A stretch of 64,000 nucleotides of DNA from an uncultured cyanobacterium (GCA_963749915.1 CAVVOP010000008.1:224001-288000), one strand, 5' to 3'; positions 33,617 to 43,299 are shown, numbered from the stretch's first letter. The notes: generated from the sequence alone by a model not told the origin. Made by a program: numbers and translations.

Positions 33617-34276
33617 TTAATAAAGGCTAAAAGAAGGACAAGAAACTTTTGTACCTCCTAAACCACAGTAACCGTTGGGATTTTTCGCTAAGTATTGTTG
33701 ATGATAACCCTCGGCAAAATAAAATTCAGGTGCGGGGATGATTTCTGTGGTAATTTCTCCATAACCAGCTTTCTTTAACTCCGATTGAAATAGAATTTTT
33801 GATTTTTCCGCCAAGGTTTGTTGTTCGCCAGAATAAGTATAAATACCTGAACGATATTGAGTACCCTTATCATTACCTTGACGCATACCCTGAGTGGGAT
33901 CATGATTTTCCCAGAAAACCTTTAATAAAGTCTCATAGGAGATGATATTGGGATCATAAACCACTTTTACCACCTCATTATGACCCGTTCTGCCGCTACA
34001 AACCTCCTCATAGGTAGGATTTGGGGTCAAACCTGCTGCATAACCGGCGGCAGTGAGATAAATGCCCTTTTCCAGTTGCCAGAACTTTCTCTCAGCACCC
34101 CAAAAACAACCCATGCCAAACATCGCCAATTCCATTGTTTCAGGATAAGGCGGACTCATGGGATTACCGTTAACATAATGTTGATTCGGGATGGGCATAG
34201 TTTCACTTCTTCCGGGTAACACTTCCTCTGGGGTAGGAAAGGTTAATTTTTTGTCTCCTAATCCAAATAAAAACAT
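33617..34276 (-). CDS. msrA: Peptide methionine sulfoxide reductase A
   Basis: GCFWG, PTYEEVC, HDPTQG.RQGND.GTQYRS, AE.YHQQYL. Confidence 0.96.
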   Translation of the reverse strand: MFLFGLGDKKLTFPTPEEVLPGRSETMPIPNQHYVNGNPMSPPYPETMELAMFGMGCFWGAERKFWQLEKGIYLTAAGYAAGLTPNPTYEEVCSGRTGHNEVVKVVYDPNIISYETLLKVFWENHDPTQGMRQGNDKGTQYRSGIYTYSGEQQTLAEKSKILFQSELKKAGYGEITTEIIPAPEFYFAEGYHQQYLAKNPNGYCGLGGTKVSCPSFSLY

Positions 34277-34513
34277 GATTCTTAATAGTAAATAATAGAT
34301 AATCAATTATAGACCTCCTGCCGCTAATTCTGCCAACACCGGATTTTAGTCATTATTTCTGGATAAATCTTTTTTAATTCTTTTTCTATCTTCGATAAAG
34401 TCTATTTGAAAACAGACCACTATGTCCTTTGCGTAAATCCTGTTAAACTTAAAAAAGTTCCACAAATACCAAGAGTTTTTGACCACAACCAAGCAACGGG
34501 GGTAAACCAAACC

Positions 34514-35497
34514 ATGCAGGCCATGATTTTAAAAGCTGCCAAGGAGAGACTATGTGCCGAGTCGGTTCCCATTCCTCGACCATCACCTCAACAAGTGTTA
34601 GTCAAGGTTCAAGCTTGTGGGTTATGTCGTACTGATTTACATATTGTTGATGGAGAATTAACCCCAGCTAAGTTTCCTCTGATTTTGGGACATCAGATTG
34701 TGGGAATAGTTGAGGAGATAGGATCACAAGTCCAGAAATTTTCCCCAGGTGACCTAGTAGGAGTGCCTTGGTTGGGAGCCACCTGTCAACATTGTCATTA
34801 CTGTCGAACTCGGCGGGAAAATCTTTGTGATCAAGCAAGATTCACTGGGTATCAACTAGATGGAGGTTATGCGGAATACAGCGTAGCCAATGAACAGTTT
34901 TGTTTTGCCATTCCCAAAAAATATCCTGCGCTACAGGCCGCTCCACTATTATGTGCGGGTTTAATTGGTTATCGTTCTTACCGCCTAGTTGGCGAAGGCC
35001 AAAAACTGGGCTTTTATGGTTTTGGAGCCGCTGCCCATATTCTCATCCAAGTTGCCCTTCATCAAGGTCGGCAGGTTTATGCTTTTACTCGGCCAGGAGA
35101 TCGTCAGGGACAGGAATTTGCTCGTTCGCTGGGAGCGGTTTGGGCTGGAGGTTCAGATGAAAAACCTCCGGAGATTCTCGATGGAGCGATTATCTTTGCA
35201 CCAGTCGGGTCATTAGTTCCTAAGGCCTTGAGGGCGATAGCTAAAGGGGGAGTAGTAGTTTGTGCTGGCATCCATATGAGTGACATTCCTTCATTTCCCT
35301 ACCAGATTTTGTGGGGAGAACGAGTCTTACGCTCTGTCGCTAACCTTACTCGTCAAGATGGGGAAGAATTTTTAGCTTTAGCTCCACAAATTCCCATTCA
35401 AACACAAGTATCTTCTTTCCCTCTTACTGAAGCCAATGAAGCACTAGAGTATCTCCGAAGTGGAAAGATAAAAGGAGCTGCCGTCTTGGTTCCATAG
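34514..35497 (+). CDS. Zinc-dependent alcohol dehydrogenase family protein
   Basis: CRTDLH, GHQ, CxxCxxC...C structural zinc site, APLLCAG, GFG. Confidence 0.93.
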   Translation: MQAMILKAAKERLCAESVPIPRPSPQQVLVKVQACGLCRTDLHIVDGELTPAKFPLILGHQIVGIVEEIGSQVQKFSPGDLVGVPWLGATCQHCHYCRTRRENLCDQARFTGYQLDGGYAEYSVANEQFCFAIPKKYPALQAAPLLCAGLIGYRSYRLVGEGQKLGFYGFGAAAHILIQVALHQGRQVYAFTRPGDRQGQEFARSLGAVWAGGSDEKPPEILDGAIIFAPVGSLVPKALRAIAKGGVVVCAGIHMSDIPSFPYQILWGERVLRSVANLTRQDGEEFLALAPQIPIQTQVSSFPLTEANEALEYLRSGKIKGAAVLVP

Positions 35498-35555
35498 TCC
35501 ATGTGTTGATAATTTATCTTCTCCAAAAATTTCTTTCCTCCTGCCTCCTTTTGAC

Positions 35556-35604
35556 TTTTCCTTCACCGTAATGTTTTCGGCACGCTTCCGAGCAGTATTG
35601 CTAT
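35556..35604. repeat. Dispersed repeat end, family B (copy 1)
   Basis: 32/37 identity to 60127-60163; followed by CAGTATTGCTAT as at 55352. Confidence 0.65.
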
Positions 35605-35609
35605 CTATT

Positions 35610-36257
35610 CTATTGTCCAACCTGAAGGATTTGTTCTACCGTTAAACTTAAGTTGGGAAAAGATGGCGATCGCAAAACATCTTGACCTTTAAATAACTCC
35701 ACAGTATATTCTCCTTCCACTAAATGATAAACAGAAATAGTGGGTTGTTTGGGATCACCAATATAGCGTCTTCCCCCTAATCCTAAATAGTCAATAATCC
35801 AATATTCCCCGATGCCTAACTTTTCATACTCTCCTAACTTCATTAAATAATCATCCTGCCAATTAGTGCTTACAACCTCCATCGCCAATTTAACACTTGT
35901 ACCATGAGTGATAGTCGATCGCTTTTTCCACATGGGTTCATTATGGTTCACAGAATCACTATCTAATACCATGACATCAGGAATATAAGCTGATTTCTCG
36001 GAATCCATCGCCTTTATCAGTCCTTGTCGAGGGATAAATAAAGGCAAATTCAGACGATCAATGTAAACTGATAGTTTTGAAGCCAAAAAACCTGCTACTT
36101 GTTCGTGAGTGCCAGTAGGTTGCATTTTGATAATAACTCCATCATGTAATTCGAATCGCCCATAATAACCATCGGGATACCAGTCAAGAAACTCTTCCAA
36201 AGTAATTAATTGAGGCTCTTGTGTCGGATCAGTATTAGTTTTTTCTCGAACAAACAT
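35610..36257 (-). CDS. Uma2 family endonuclease
   Basis: FELHDG, PDVMV, EVVSTNW, K..EY..LGI.EYWIID. Confidence 0.93.
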   Translation of the reverse strand: MFVREKTNTDPTQEPQLITLEEFLDWYPDGYYGRFELHDGVIIKMQPTGTHEQVAGFLASKLSVYIDRLNLPLFIPRQGLIKAMDSEKSAYIPDVMVLDSDSVNHNEPMWKKRSTITHGTSVKLAMEVVSTNWQDDYLMKLGEYEKLGIGEYWIIDYLGLGGRRYIGDPKQPTISVYHLVEGEYTVELFKGQDVLRSPSFPNLSLTVEQILQVGQ

Positions 36258-36337
36258 ATTTGCTACTCCTACCCATTGGTGTCAAGTTAAAGAACGAATA
36301 TTAATTCTAAGGGTAACTCAGAACTGTGAACTTAGAT

Positions 36338-36462
36338 CTCACTTTTCACGGCATTTTTTTCGTTAAAACAAGAGGGGGGAGAGGGAAGAAAAATCCAATA
36401 CTTCCCACACTTCCCACACCGACCACACTCATGACCGCCAGAAAGATCCCGTGAAAAGTAAG
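36338..36462. mobile_element. 125-bp MITE-like element, family A (no cargo gene)
   Basis: TIRs CTCACTTTTCACGGCATTTTTT / GAAAGATCCCGTGAAAAGTAAG match those at 58195 and 58749; no TSD. Confidence 0.7.
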
Positions 36463-36523
36463 CGCAGTATTGGGCTGGGATATAATTTAATTTCATAGCC
36501 TTTTTAATCACTGGAGTTTAGTC

Positions 36524-37201
36524 ATGAAACCCCCCCTAATCCCACCTTTAGAAAATGGCGATCGCCTTAATCGTTTCGAGTTTGAAAAACGCTCTGGGAT
36601 GATGCCTGAACAAAAAAAAATAGAATTAATTAATGGAGTAGTATATATGGCGGCGGCGGCGTTAAGATATAAAGGTCATGGTTTACCCCATAGTTTGATC
36701 ATGACTTGGTTAGGTTTTTATGTAGCAAATACCCCCGGAGTTGAACTAGCGGATAATGCCACCATCAGATTAGACTTAGACAATCAACCGCAACCCGATG
36801 CCCTTGTGAGAATAAAATCAGAATTGGGGGGACAATCGAGAATTAGTAACGATGATTATATCGAAGGTGCACCGGAATTGATTGTCGAAATAGCAGGTTC
36901 TAGTGCTTCCTATGATTTATACGACAAGCTACAGGTCTATCGCCGTCATGGAGTTAAAGAATATATCGTTTGGCAAGTCTATGATCAAAAAATCGATTGG
37001 TTTTATCTGGATCAAGGCAAATATCTTCAATTGGAACCAGATTCTTCCGGATTGATTGAAAGTCAAATATTTCCGGGATTAGTTCTGTCGATGACTTCTC
37101 TTCTTGACTATAATTTGGCAGAAGTTTTATCGGAATTAGGAAAACATTTGAACACAGAAAAACATCTAACTTTTATTAAGCAGTTACAGCAGAAAAATTA
37201 A
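36524..37201 (+). CDS. Uma2 family endonuclease
   Basis: PPLENGDRL, PQPD, APELIVEIA.SS, K...Y...GV.EYIVW. Confidence 0.93.
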   Translation: MKPPLIPPLENGDRLNRFEFEKRSGMMPEQKKIELINGVVYMAAAALRYKGHGLPHSLIMTWLGFYVANTPGVELADNATIRLDLDNQPQPDALVRIKSELGGQSRISNDDYIEGAPELIVEIAGSSASYDLYDKLQVYRRHGVKEYIVWQVYDQKIDWFYLDQGKYLQLEPDSSGLIESQIFPGLVLSMTSLLDYNLAEVLSELGKHLNTEKHLTFIKQLQQKN

Positions 37202-37564
37202 TCTAGCAAAATTATCAACTTGTTGAGATTTATGGTTATGAGCCGGGGATAGAAAGCCTCTGATTAGAAGCGCTATCGCCAGATTCCTTTCCAGGAAAGG
37301 GTTTCGAAAATTTTCTCAAATCTTCATGAATAATGCAGGTTCAGGAAATATAATTGTTGGAGGGGGTAAGGCAAAAGGGAAGAAATTCGGGCAAATAAAA
37401 ATTAGTAAAAAATAATCAAAAAAAAAAGGTTTTCTATATTTATTATTTATTATTTATTATTTATTATAGTATTGTTGGGGAAATAAACAGCACAAACGCA
37501 ACTTCTCAATTAACTTCTTAGAAATGCTTAAAAATCTATTCAGCAAAGTAATCTAGAAAAAATT

Positions 37565-37609
37565 ATGCTAATCTCTTTTGACAGAAAAATTCTCTTTATT
37601 CATATTCCC
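37565..37609 (+). pseudogene. N-terminal stub of a sulfotransferase-family gene cut by an IS end
   Basis: Manual translation MLISFDRKILFIHIP, typical of the FIHIPK(T)GG start, ending at the inverted repeat. Confidence 0.5.
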
Positions 37610-37929
37610 GAACTTCCCCCGTACAAAAGTATTGAATAACAACTAAAACCCTTATCAGTTAATTGCGGAAAAGAATAAACAGCAAAGAGAGGCATTATTA
37701 TTGGACTTTATTAGAAGATTTAGGGACAATTTGTCTTGTGGAAGTAGAATGTAATTTGGCTCAGGGAAAGTCTAGTTTCCAGACCATTACTCGACCAACA
37801 CGATTACAACAAAAGGCATTAGATTTGGTGGAGATTTCCTTAATTTGTCCCCAGTAAATAGGGGGAGATAAGTGGTTCAAAACTTTACACAGCAAAGGTT
37901 TTCGTTTTTGTCAAAGGGGGAAGTTCGGG
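37607..37929 (+). mobile_element. Internally deleted IS1634-like element with a transposase C-terminal remnant (37663-37857)
   Basis: Perfect IR CCCGAACTTCCCCC / GGGGGAAGTTCGGG; TLLEDLGTI...ITRPTRLQQKALDL. Confidence 0.72.
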
Positions 37930-38411
37930 AATACACCAAAAACAGCCTCTAAATTTGCAAAAACTCTAGCTGCCTGACTCACTGGTGTTATCTCTCCATA
38001 ACCAACAGTTGTAAGGGTTGTAAAACTAAAGTACAGTAGGTCAAAAATATGGAAGGAATTTAGTGGACTTGAAAAAGAGTCAGGATTTACGGCTAGAATA
38101 ATTTCATAGAGAATAGTCCATAAATAAGGGCTCAACAGGTAAATACAAATTCTTCCAATTAAGGTGTCGGCAGTAACAGCTTCTTCCATAAAAACTTGAT
38201 GAATCATCAGAACCATGGACAAGACAATAAAAGCTGCAGACATTGCATTAGGAAAAATTGATAATACCGGAAAATCCCCCGCATTGAAAACTGTCAGATA
38301 GGCAATGTTTGTTACGCCAGTAATTGCAGTTAAGATCAGATATAGATAGTAAACCTTCTTGTGAGAGAAAAAACTGTGAATTGCTAATGCAATGGCTGTA
38401 ATGAGTAGCAC
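37930..38411 (-). pseudogene. Potassium/ion channel (Ion_trans_2) fragment truncated at both ends
   Basis: LYFSFTTLTTVGYGEITP selectivity filter; reads into the IS inverted repeat; 5' end abuts the Tn3 remnant. Confidence 0.78.
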
Positions 38412-38798
38412 TGTTAGGATTTATTGGGATACGCTCGGAGAGATCTAACTTAAACGTCCCATAGGGATTGACATGACTGAAAATCAAAGGAGTGATTGCC
38501 CGTAAATCACTCTGGTTAAGTCTTTTTTTTCCCAGTGGGGTTGAGCCAAAACTTTTTGAATCATTAAGGTATTTACATAGACCAAACAGATCTGCAATAG
38601 ATGCAAAGATAATGCCGATAATTCCTGACTTTCTAAACGATTAGAAGCAAACTCTCCTCCTTTGCCATAGAAGATAAAATCATTAACTCCATTCCATCTC
38701 TCTACCACATTTAAGCCTTCATTTACTTCCCGTCGGACTGCTTCTGAATGGAGATATTGACAAAGAAAGATCGTTTTAATGGCCCGACCTAATTCCAT
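38412..38798 (-). pseudogene. Tn3-family transposase C-terminal fragment, frameshifted
   Basis: [28 protein letters not shown], then HVNPYGTF in a shifted frame after a T8 run at ~38523. Confidence 0.85.
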
Positions 38799-38934
38799 AG
38801 GTAATAAAAGCGGGGTCGCTGTTCGTCGCATTTCCCCAGCCGTACCGGTCTCCTTTGACGGCTTCACAAATGGCGACACTTCGAGCGAGTCGCACAACTT
38901 GAAAGCTACCGTGTGGTGAAGTTTCTAAGATCAT
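38799..38934 (-). pseudogene. Truncated 5' part of a hypothetical gene (possibly plasmid-type)
   Basis: GAGG RBS plus [48 protein letters not shown], joined to the Tn3 fragment. Confidence 0.45.
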
Positions 38935-39003
38935 GATTAATACCTCATTTATTTTTGGCGATTTGGCGAGGCGGGTGAAAGTAACAACCTCGCCTGAGAA
39001 TGG

Positions 39004-39222
39004 TTATGCGGCTAATCTCTCAGTATTCAGTTCGAGATTAAAAATTTCTCGTTGTAAGAAGCTTGAATGTTGGTAATTCCATTCAATTTCTGACAATTCG
39101 TAGCACAGCCAATCAGAAAGGATCTTGGCGATCTCTTCAGATGAACTAATCAGATCTTTTTCTTCCTTCAGAAGTTTGGCAGCTTCCAAAATTTCGTCAG
39201 TGAGATTAAATTGATTTATCAT
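39004..39222 (-). CDS. Small hypothetical protein
   Basis: GAGGT RBS before ATG 39222; hairpin at 38965-38994 downstream. Confidence 0.55.
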   Translation of the reverse strand: MINQFNLTDEILEAAKLLKEEKDLISSSEEIAKILSDWLCYELSEIEWNYQHSSFLQREIFNLELNTERLAA

Positions 39223-39520
39223 GTTAATTACCTCTTTCGTAGCCGGACGGTGGGATAACCAAACGAGATTAATAACCTTCTCAACCTTGATTATTAATTG
39301 GGACGCTCTGAGATTACATGCCATATAAATCGAATACTATTCCTCGCCAGGTATCAGAAATAGATATTGGATCTGCACCATTACTTCCAGAAATTATCTC
39401 GCTCAGATCTCCGAGTTCTTTCCCACCCTGACTTGAAAGTCACCACTTTCATCTCTGATGGTGAAATTTTTTCATCCGGACTGCCTTGAGTCGGAGTCGG
39501 AATACTCCATAGTAATAACC

Positions 39521-39548
39521 TTGACTTTATGCCAAAATGGCATATAAT
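39521..39548 (+). promoter_or_regulatory. TA-operon promoter with an embedded palindromic operator
   Basis: TTGACT-16 bp-TATAAT; TATGCCA-AAA-TGGCATA at 39528-39544. Confidence 0.72.
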
Positions 39549-39554
39549 CTAAAT

Positions 39555-39914
39555 ATGAAATGGATAGTTTTGTACCACGATGAGTTCGACACTTGGTTTA
39601 ACGAGCAACAGGAAGACTTGCAAGATGCGGTCTTGTTCTCGCTTGAGCTTCTTCAAGCTGAAGGGCCAATGCTCGGACGGCCTTATGTTGATACCGTTAA
39701 AGGGAGTAGGTATCCGAATATGAAAGAGCTTCGGGTTCAACACAAGGGAGAGCCTTGGAGGGTTTTCTTTGCCTTCGACCCAAAACGAAGAGCTATCATT
39801 TTGGTTGGAGGCAATAAGACGGGAAAGGGGTCTGATTGGTACAAGGAAAATATCCGTATCGCCGACCAGAGATTTAAACAACACCTAAACACGATCAAGG
39901 AGGAGGGACAATGA
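39555..39914 (+). CDS. Type II TA toxin, RelE/HigB (Gp49-like) family
   Basis: GPMLGRPYVDTVKGS..NMKELR, FAFDPKR.AI.LVGGNK. Confidence 0.9.
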   Translation: MKWIVLYHDEFDTWFNEQQEDLQDAVLFSLELLQAEGPMLGRPYVDTVKGSRYPNMKELRVQHKGEPWRVFFAFDPKRRAIILVGGNKTGKGSDWYKENIRIADQRFKQHLNTIKEEGQ

Positions 39915-40252
39915 TTAGTCACGAAGAGAAAATGGCTTCCCTGTCCCCAGAAAGGAGGGCACGCATACAAGCACGAGCTACAGAAGCTCTCAAAGAGATA
40001 CGAACCATTCGAGAACTTCGTTCCCATCTTGGTCTCACCCAAGAGGAATTTGCTGAAAAAGTAGGAGTATCTCAGTCTCGAATCTCCCGATTAGAGAATG
40101 GCTCCCGGGGTCTTACCTTTGAAGACTTTTCAAGCTTCGTGCTTTCTCTTGGGGGGGAGTGGGAGCTAACCGTAAAACTACCCGATCTCGGCTCCATTCA
40201 GGTTATGGGAAGTGCTGACTTCTCTCCTGAATCAAGGGAGCACTCGCAATGA
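39911..40252 (+). CDS. XRE-family HTH antitoxin (HigA-like)
   Basis: LR..LGLTQ...A...GVSQ..ISRLE; ATGA overlap with the toxin gene. Confidence 0.88.
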   Translation: MISHEEKMASLSPERRARIQARATEALKEIRTIRELRSHLGLTQEEFAEKVGVSQSRISRLENGSRGLTFEDFSSFVLSLGGEWELTVKLPDLGSIQVMGSADFSPESREHSQ

Positions 40253-40743
40253 GTTTCTCTTTTTAGCCCAAATTAAGGCTCTTTCTCACTTTTGGTGATG
40301 AATGGCTAAAGTGATCGGGGTGGTTTTAATCAGTTTGAGAGGGGTGTGGTCAAATGTCGTTGGTCATATTAAACGGCGATCGCCAAACTAAAATTTAAAC
40401 CACAGCCCACCTTGCCAAAACCGTACAGTAAGCGTATGATGCGATAAGAGAAAGAGAATAGTTTTTCGCAATTGAATAGGGATCATTTTAAGCGATTAAA
40501 GGTTTTGCTGAGGAAGTATATGTTTGCCAGAAATCATCCCACCAATCATTGGCAGGAATCACTCTGAGAGCTAACATAACCTGAGTTCGATATAGGAAAA
40601 TAGCCTTAAAGCCCTAATAGATATTGGTTTTTACTTTTCGCTATTTTTGATTACTTTACAATTCTTAACACATTGCAAGAGCATGACCCCCAAAATCAGT
40701 TAATTTTTGTCAAGAAATCTTAAGTTTTATTTCTAATTACTCT

Positions 40744-41040
40744 GGCTCTTCTACAGTGAGTATGACAAATTAAGTGCAAAAACAAAGTCACAAAATGGTA
40801 AAATTTTACACAAATGAAGCGATCAGTTCTGATAAATAGCTGCTACCCCGCTTTTAACTATTAGGAAAATTAATCAAATTTTTAAATAAAACCACAATTT
40901 TTATCTTATGCCTTCTAATTCCTCTCTTCATCCTATCACTAAACTTATTAATTTTGAGGGGGTCAAAGCGACTGATTACCATTTTATTACTGACAACGAA
41001 ATTTTAATTACATTATCGAATCAAACATCAGAGTCAGCTT
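40744..41040 (+). mobile_element. ISL3-family left end with a transposase N-terminal stub (ATG 40908)
   Basis: GGCTCTT terminus; manual translation MPSNSSLHPITKLINFEGVKATDYHFITDNEILITLSNQTSESA, broken just before the expected CPHC zinc finger. Confidence 0.6.
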
Positions 41041-41365
41041 TCCCGCACCTTTTTTACGCCGTTGTCTGCGAGTGAGAATGCCCGAACCCAATGATGTTAA
41101 GTTTTTAACCGAAGTGGTTAATGCCCATTTTCTCGAAGAATTAGGAGCAGAAAATTGGCAACATAGTCAAACAATTATTACCAAATTGATTGAAGATTTT
41201 GTGGCAGAGGAGAAAGGAGAACAAGTTGCCACCGATCAATTACTCAATACCATATATCTTTTTTCCCGCCAAATCAAGCCCGACTCCACCCACGACTAGG
41301 GAATCTCTGGAAAAACTACTGCTTAAACGTTTAGATAGTGCCTAGATAGTGCCGCTGACCAATGA
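41039..41365 (+). pseudogene. MoxR-like AAA+ ATPase C-terminal fragment
   Basis: FPAPFLRRCLRVRMPEP...VNAH...ATDQLLN; tail disrupted by 4-bp and 11-bp tandem duplications. Confidence 0.72.
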
Positions 41366-41458
41366 AACCCAACATCTAGTGGTGGAATGTAGAATAGAGA
41401 ATTCAGAATTAATAGTATTTTAAGATCATAAATAAGAATTAAAAGGAAAGCCAAAACT

Positions 41459-41995
41459 ATGATAGTCTCTCTCTCTAAAGAAAATTTAACTCTAGAAGAC
41501 TTTATTGCTAATCCTCCCGTAGGAAAAGAATGGTTTGACGGCAATTTATTAGAAAAAACAGGTATGACCATTAGACATAGTAAAATCCAAGCGAATTTAG
41601 CCTATTACTGGAAAAGTTATCTCTTAGAATCAGGACAAGGAGGAGAAGTCTATGTCGAATTTCCTTGCATTACTACTAATCAAGGTCGTCGTCCTGATAT
41701 TTGTTATTTAACTCCAGAATTAGTGGAACAGTTTGGCGATAATGCCACCTTACCTCAAAGTCCTCCTCTGATTGCCGAAATTGCCTCTCCTACTGATTAT
41801 GCTGAAGATTTATTTACCAAAGCCACAGAATATTTAGAATCAGGTTGTTTAGAGGTTTGGTTAGTTTTTCCTGAAAGTAATCGGCTTTTAATTATTACCC
41901 AGACTCAAACTCTAGCTTTTCATAGCCCTGATGAAGTTAGCACTGAAAAAGTATTATTGGGCTTTTGTATTTCATTAAGTAAGCTATTTAAGTGA
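41459..41995 (+). CDS. Uma2 family endonuclease
   Basis: RRPDI, PLIAEIASP, K..EYL..G..EVWLV.P. Confidence 0.9.
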   Translation: MIVSLSKENLTLEDFIANPPVGKEWFDGNLLEKTGMTIRHSKIQANLAYYWKSYLLESGQGGEVYVEFPCITTNQGRRPDICYLTPELVEQFGDNATLPQSPPLIAEIASPTDYAEDLFTKATEYLESGCLEVWLVFPESNRLLIITQTQTLAFHSPDEVSTEKVLLGFCISLSKLFK

Positions 41996-42315
41996 ATTTA
42001 GAATTAGTAAAACAAACATTTTATTTCTGAAATAGAAGCATTATTAACTTTAATTTTCACCTTTTGCCTTCTCATACAAAACAATTTAGCCAAACTTGTG
42101 CTCCAACTTTTACCCCCATCTCGCTCTTTACCTACTCCCATCTCCCCTTTCCTGTTTCGCCAAAACCCCCACAGCCTCATCAAGTCGGTATTTACACCCG
42201 TTCTCCCAGTCAAACTCCAACCTCAGCCCCAGAAGGATATAGTCCGTTGCCAGTCCCTGATGCCCGTGCTTTAAACCATCCCCTCGACTTACTCAAAGCC
42301 CTCAAACCCCTATTG
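41992..42315 (+). pseudogene. SAV_2336-like (vWA partner of MoxR) N-terminal fragment
   Basis: Pro-rich linker then PLPVPDARALNHPLDLLKALKPL; lies downstream of the MoxR remnant. Confidence 0.55.
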
Positions 42316-43009
42316 GGATCAGTTACTACATGCACCGGGGAAAATTTTATCGAAAACCAATACTCCCTATAGGATTTATACTCCCTTTTGGCGTAATTGG
42401 TCACAACAAGTAAAACTCAAACCTGTCAATTCTTCTTCTCGTTTATCTCCTTTAACCGCCGAGGAATATGACATCGCCATGAATATCGGCTTGGTACCGT
42501 TACCGAGTCTTGAGGATTTGGGTTTTACATGGGATAACGAATTATTACTGACGCCAGGGGAGACTGCTGCACAGGAAAGACTAGAATATTTTTGTCGTTA
42601 TCAATTATCTGATTATAATGAGAATCGAAACTATCCTTGTATTGATAGTACATCACAATTAAGTGCGGCTATCAAATTTGGTGCCATTGGTCCTCGAACT
42701 TTATGGCAATATACACAAATAGAGTTAGAGAACTGCCGAAGTGAGGAAGCCAGAGGGAATATTATTGCATGGCAAAAGGAATTAGCATGGCGAGAATTTT
42801 ATCAACATTGTTTGTATTTTTTCCCTGAGTTAGAAAAAGGTGCTTATCGACAACAATTTAAACATTTTCCTTGGGAAAATAACGAGAAATTTTTTCAAGC
42901 ATGGTGTGAAGGAAAAACAGGTTATCCGATCGTTGATGCGGCCATGCGTCAGTTAAATGAAACAGGATGGATGCACAACCGTTGTCGTTGGCAGACCACT
43001 AGTGCTTGA
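42311..43009 (+). pseudogene. phr: Internal fragment of a class I CPD DNA photolyase
   Basis: WDQLLHAPG, YTPFWRNW, TSQLS, ELAWREFY, TGYPIVDAAMRQL..TGWMHNRCR, then breaks; lacks both termini. Confidence 0.88.
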
Positions 43010-43299
43010 ACAATTTTGAAATTAGGGGTTGTGGTAGCAGGGGAGAAGGGCGGTGGGAGTTGGGAGAGAAGATTTGTGGGCTTTCATTTAGACGAAAATA
43101 ATCGTTAGGTAATTTTAGCAAAACTAATTCCTTTGAGGTTATCAGAAATAAAAACTGAAAATCTCATGAAGAGGGGAATTCAGAAAGAAATTTTATCCCA
43201 AATTTATTCCCTTCTGCCTTACCATCTTCGATGATTATATCCTCCAACCGTCAACCAAACTTCAATTTTCTAAAATCCATCAAGAGCCATTCAAATGAA

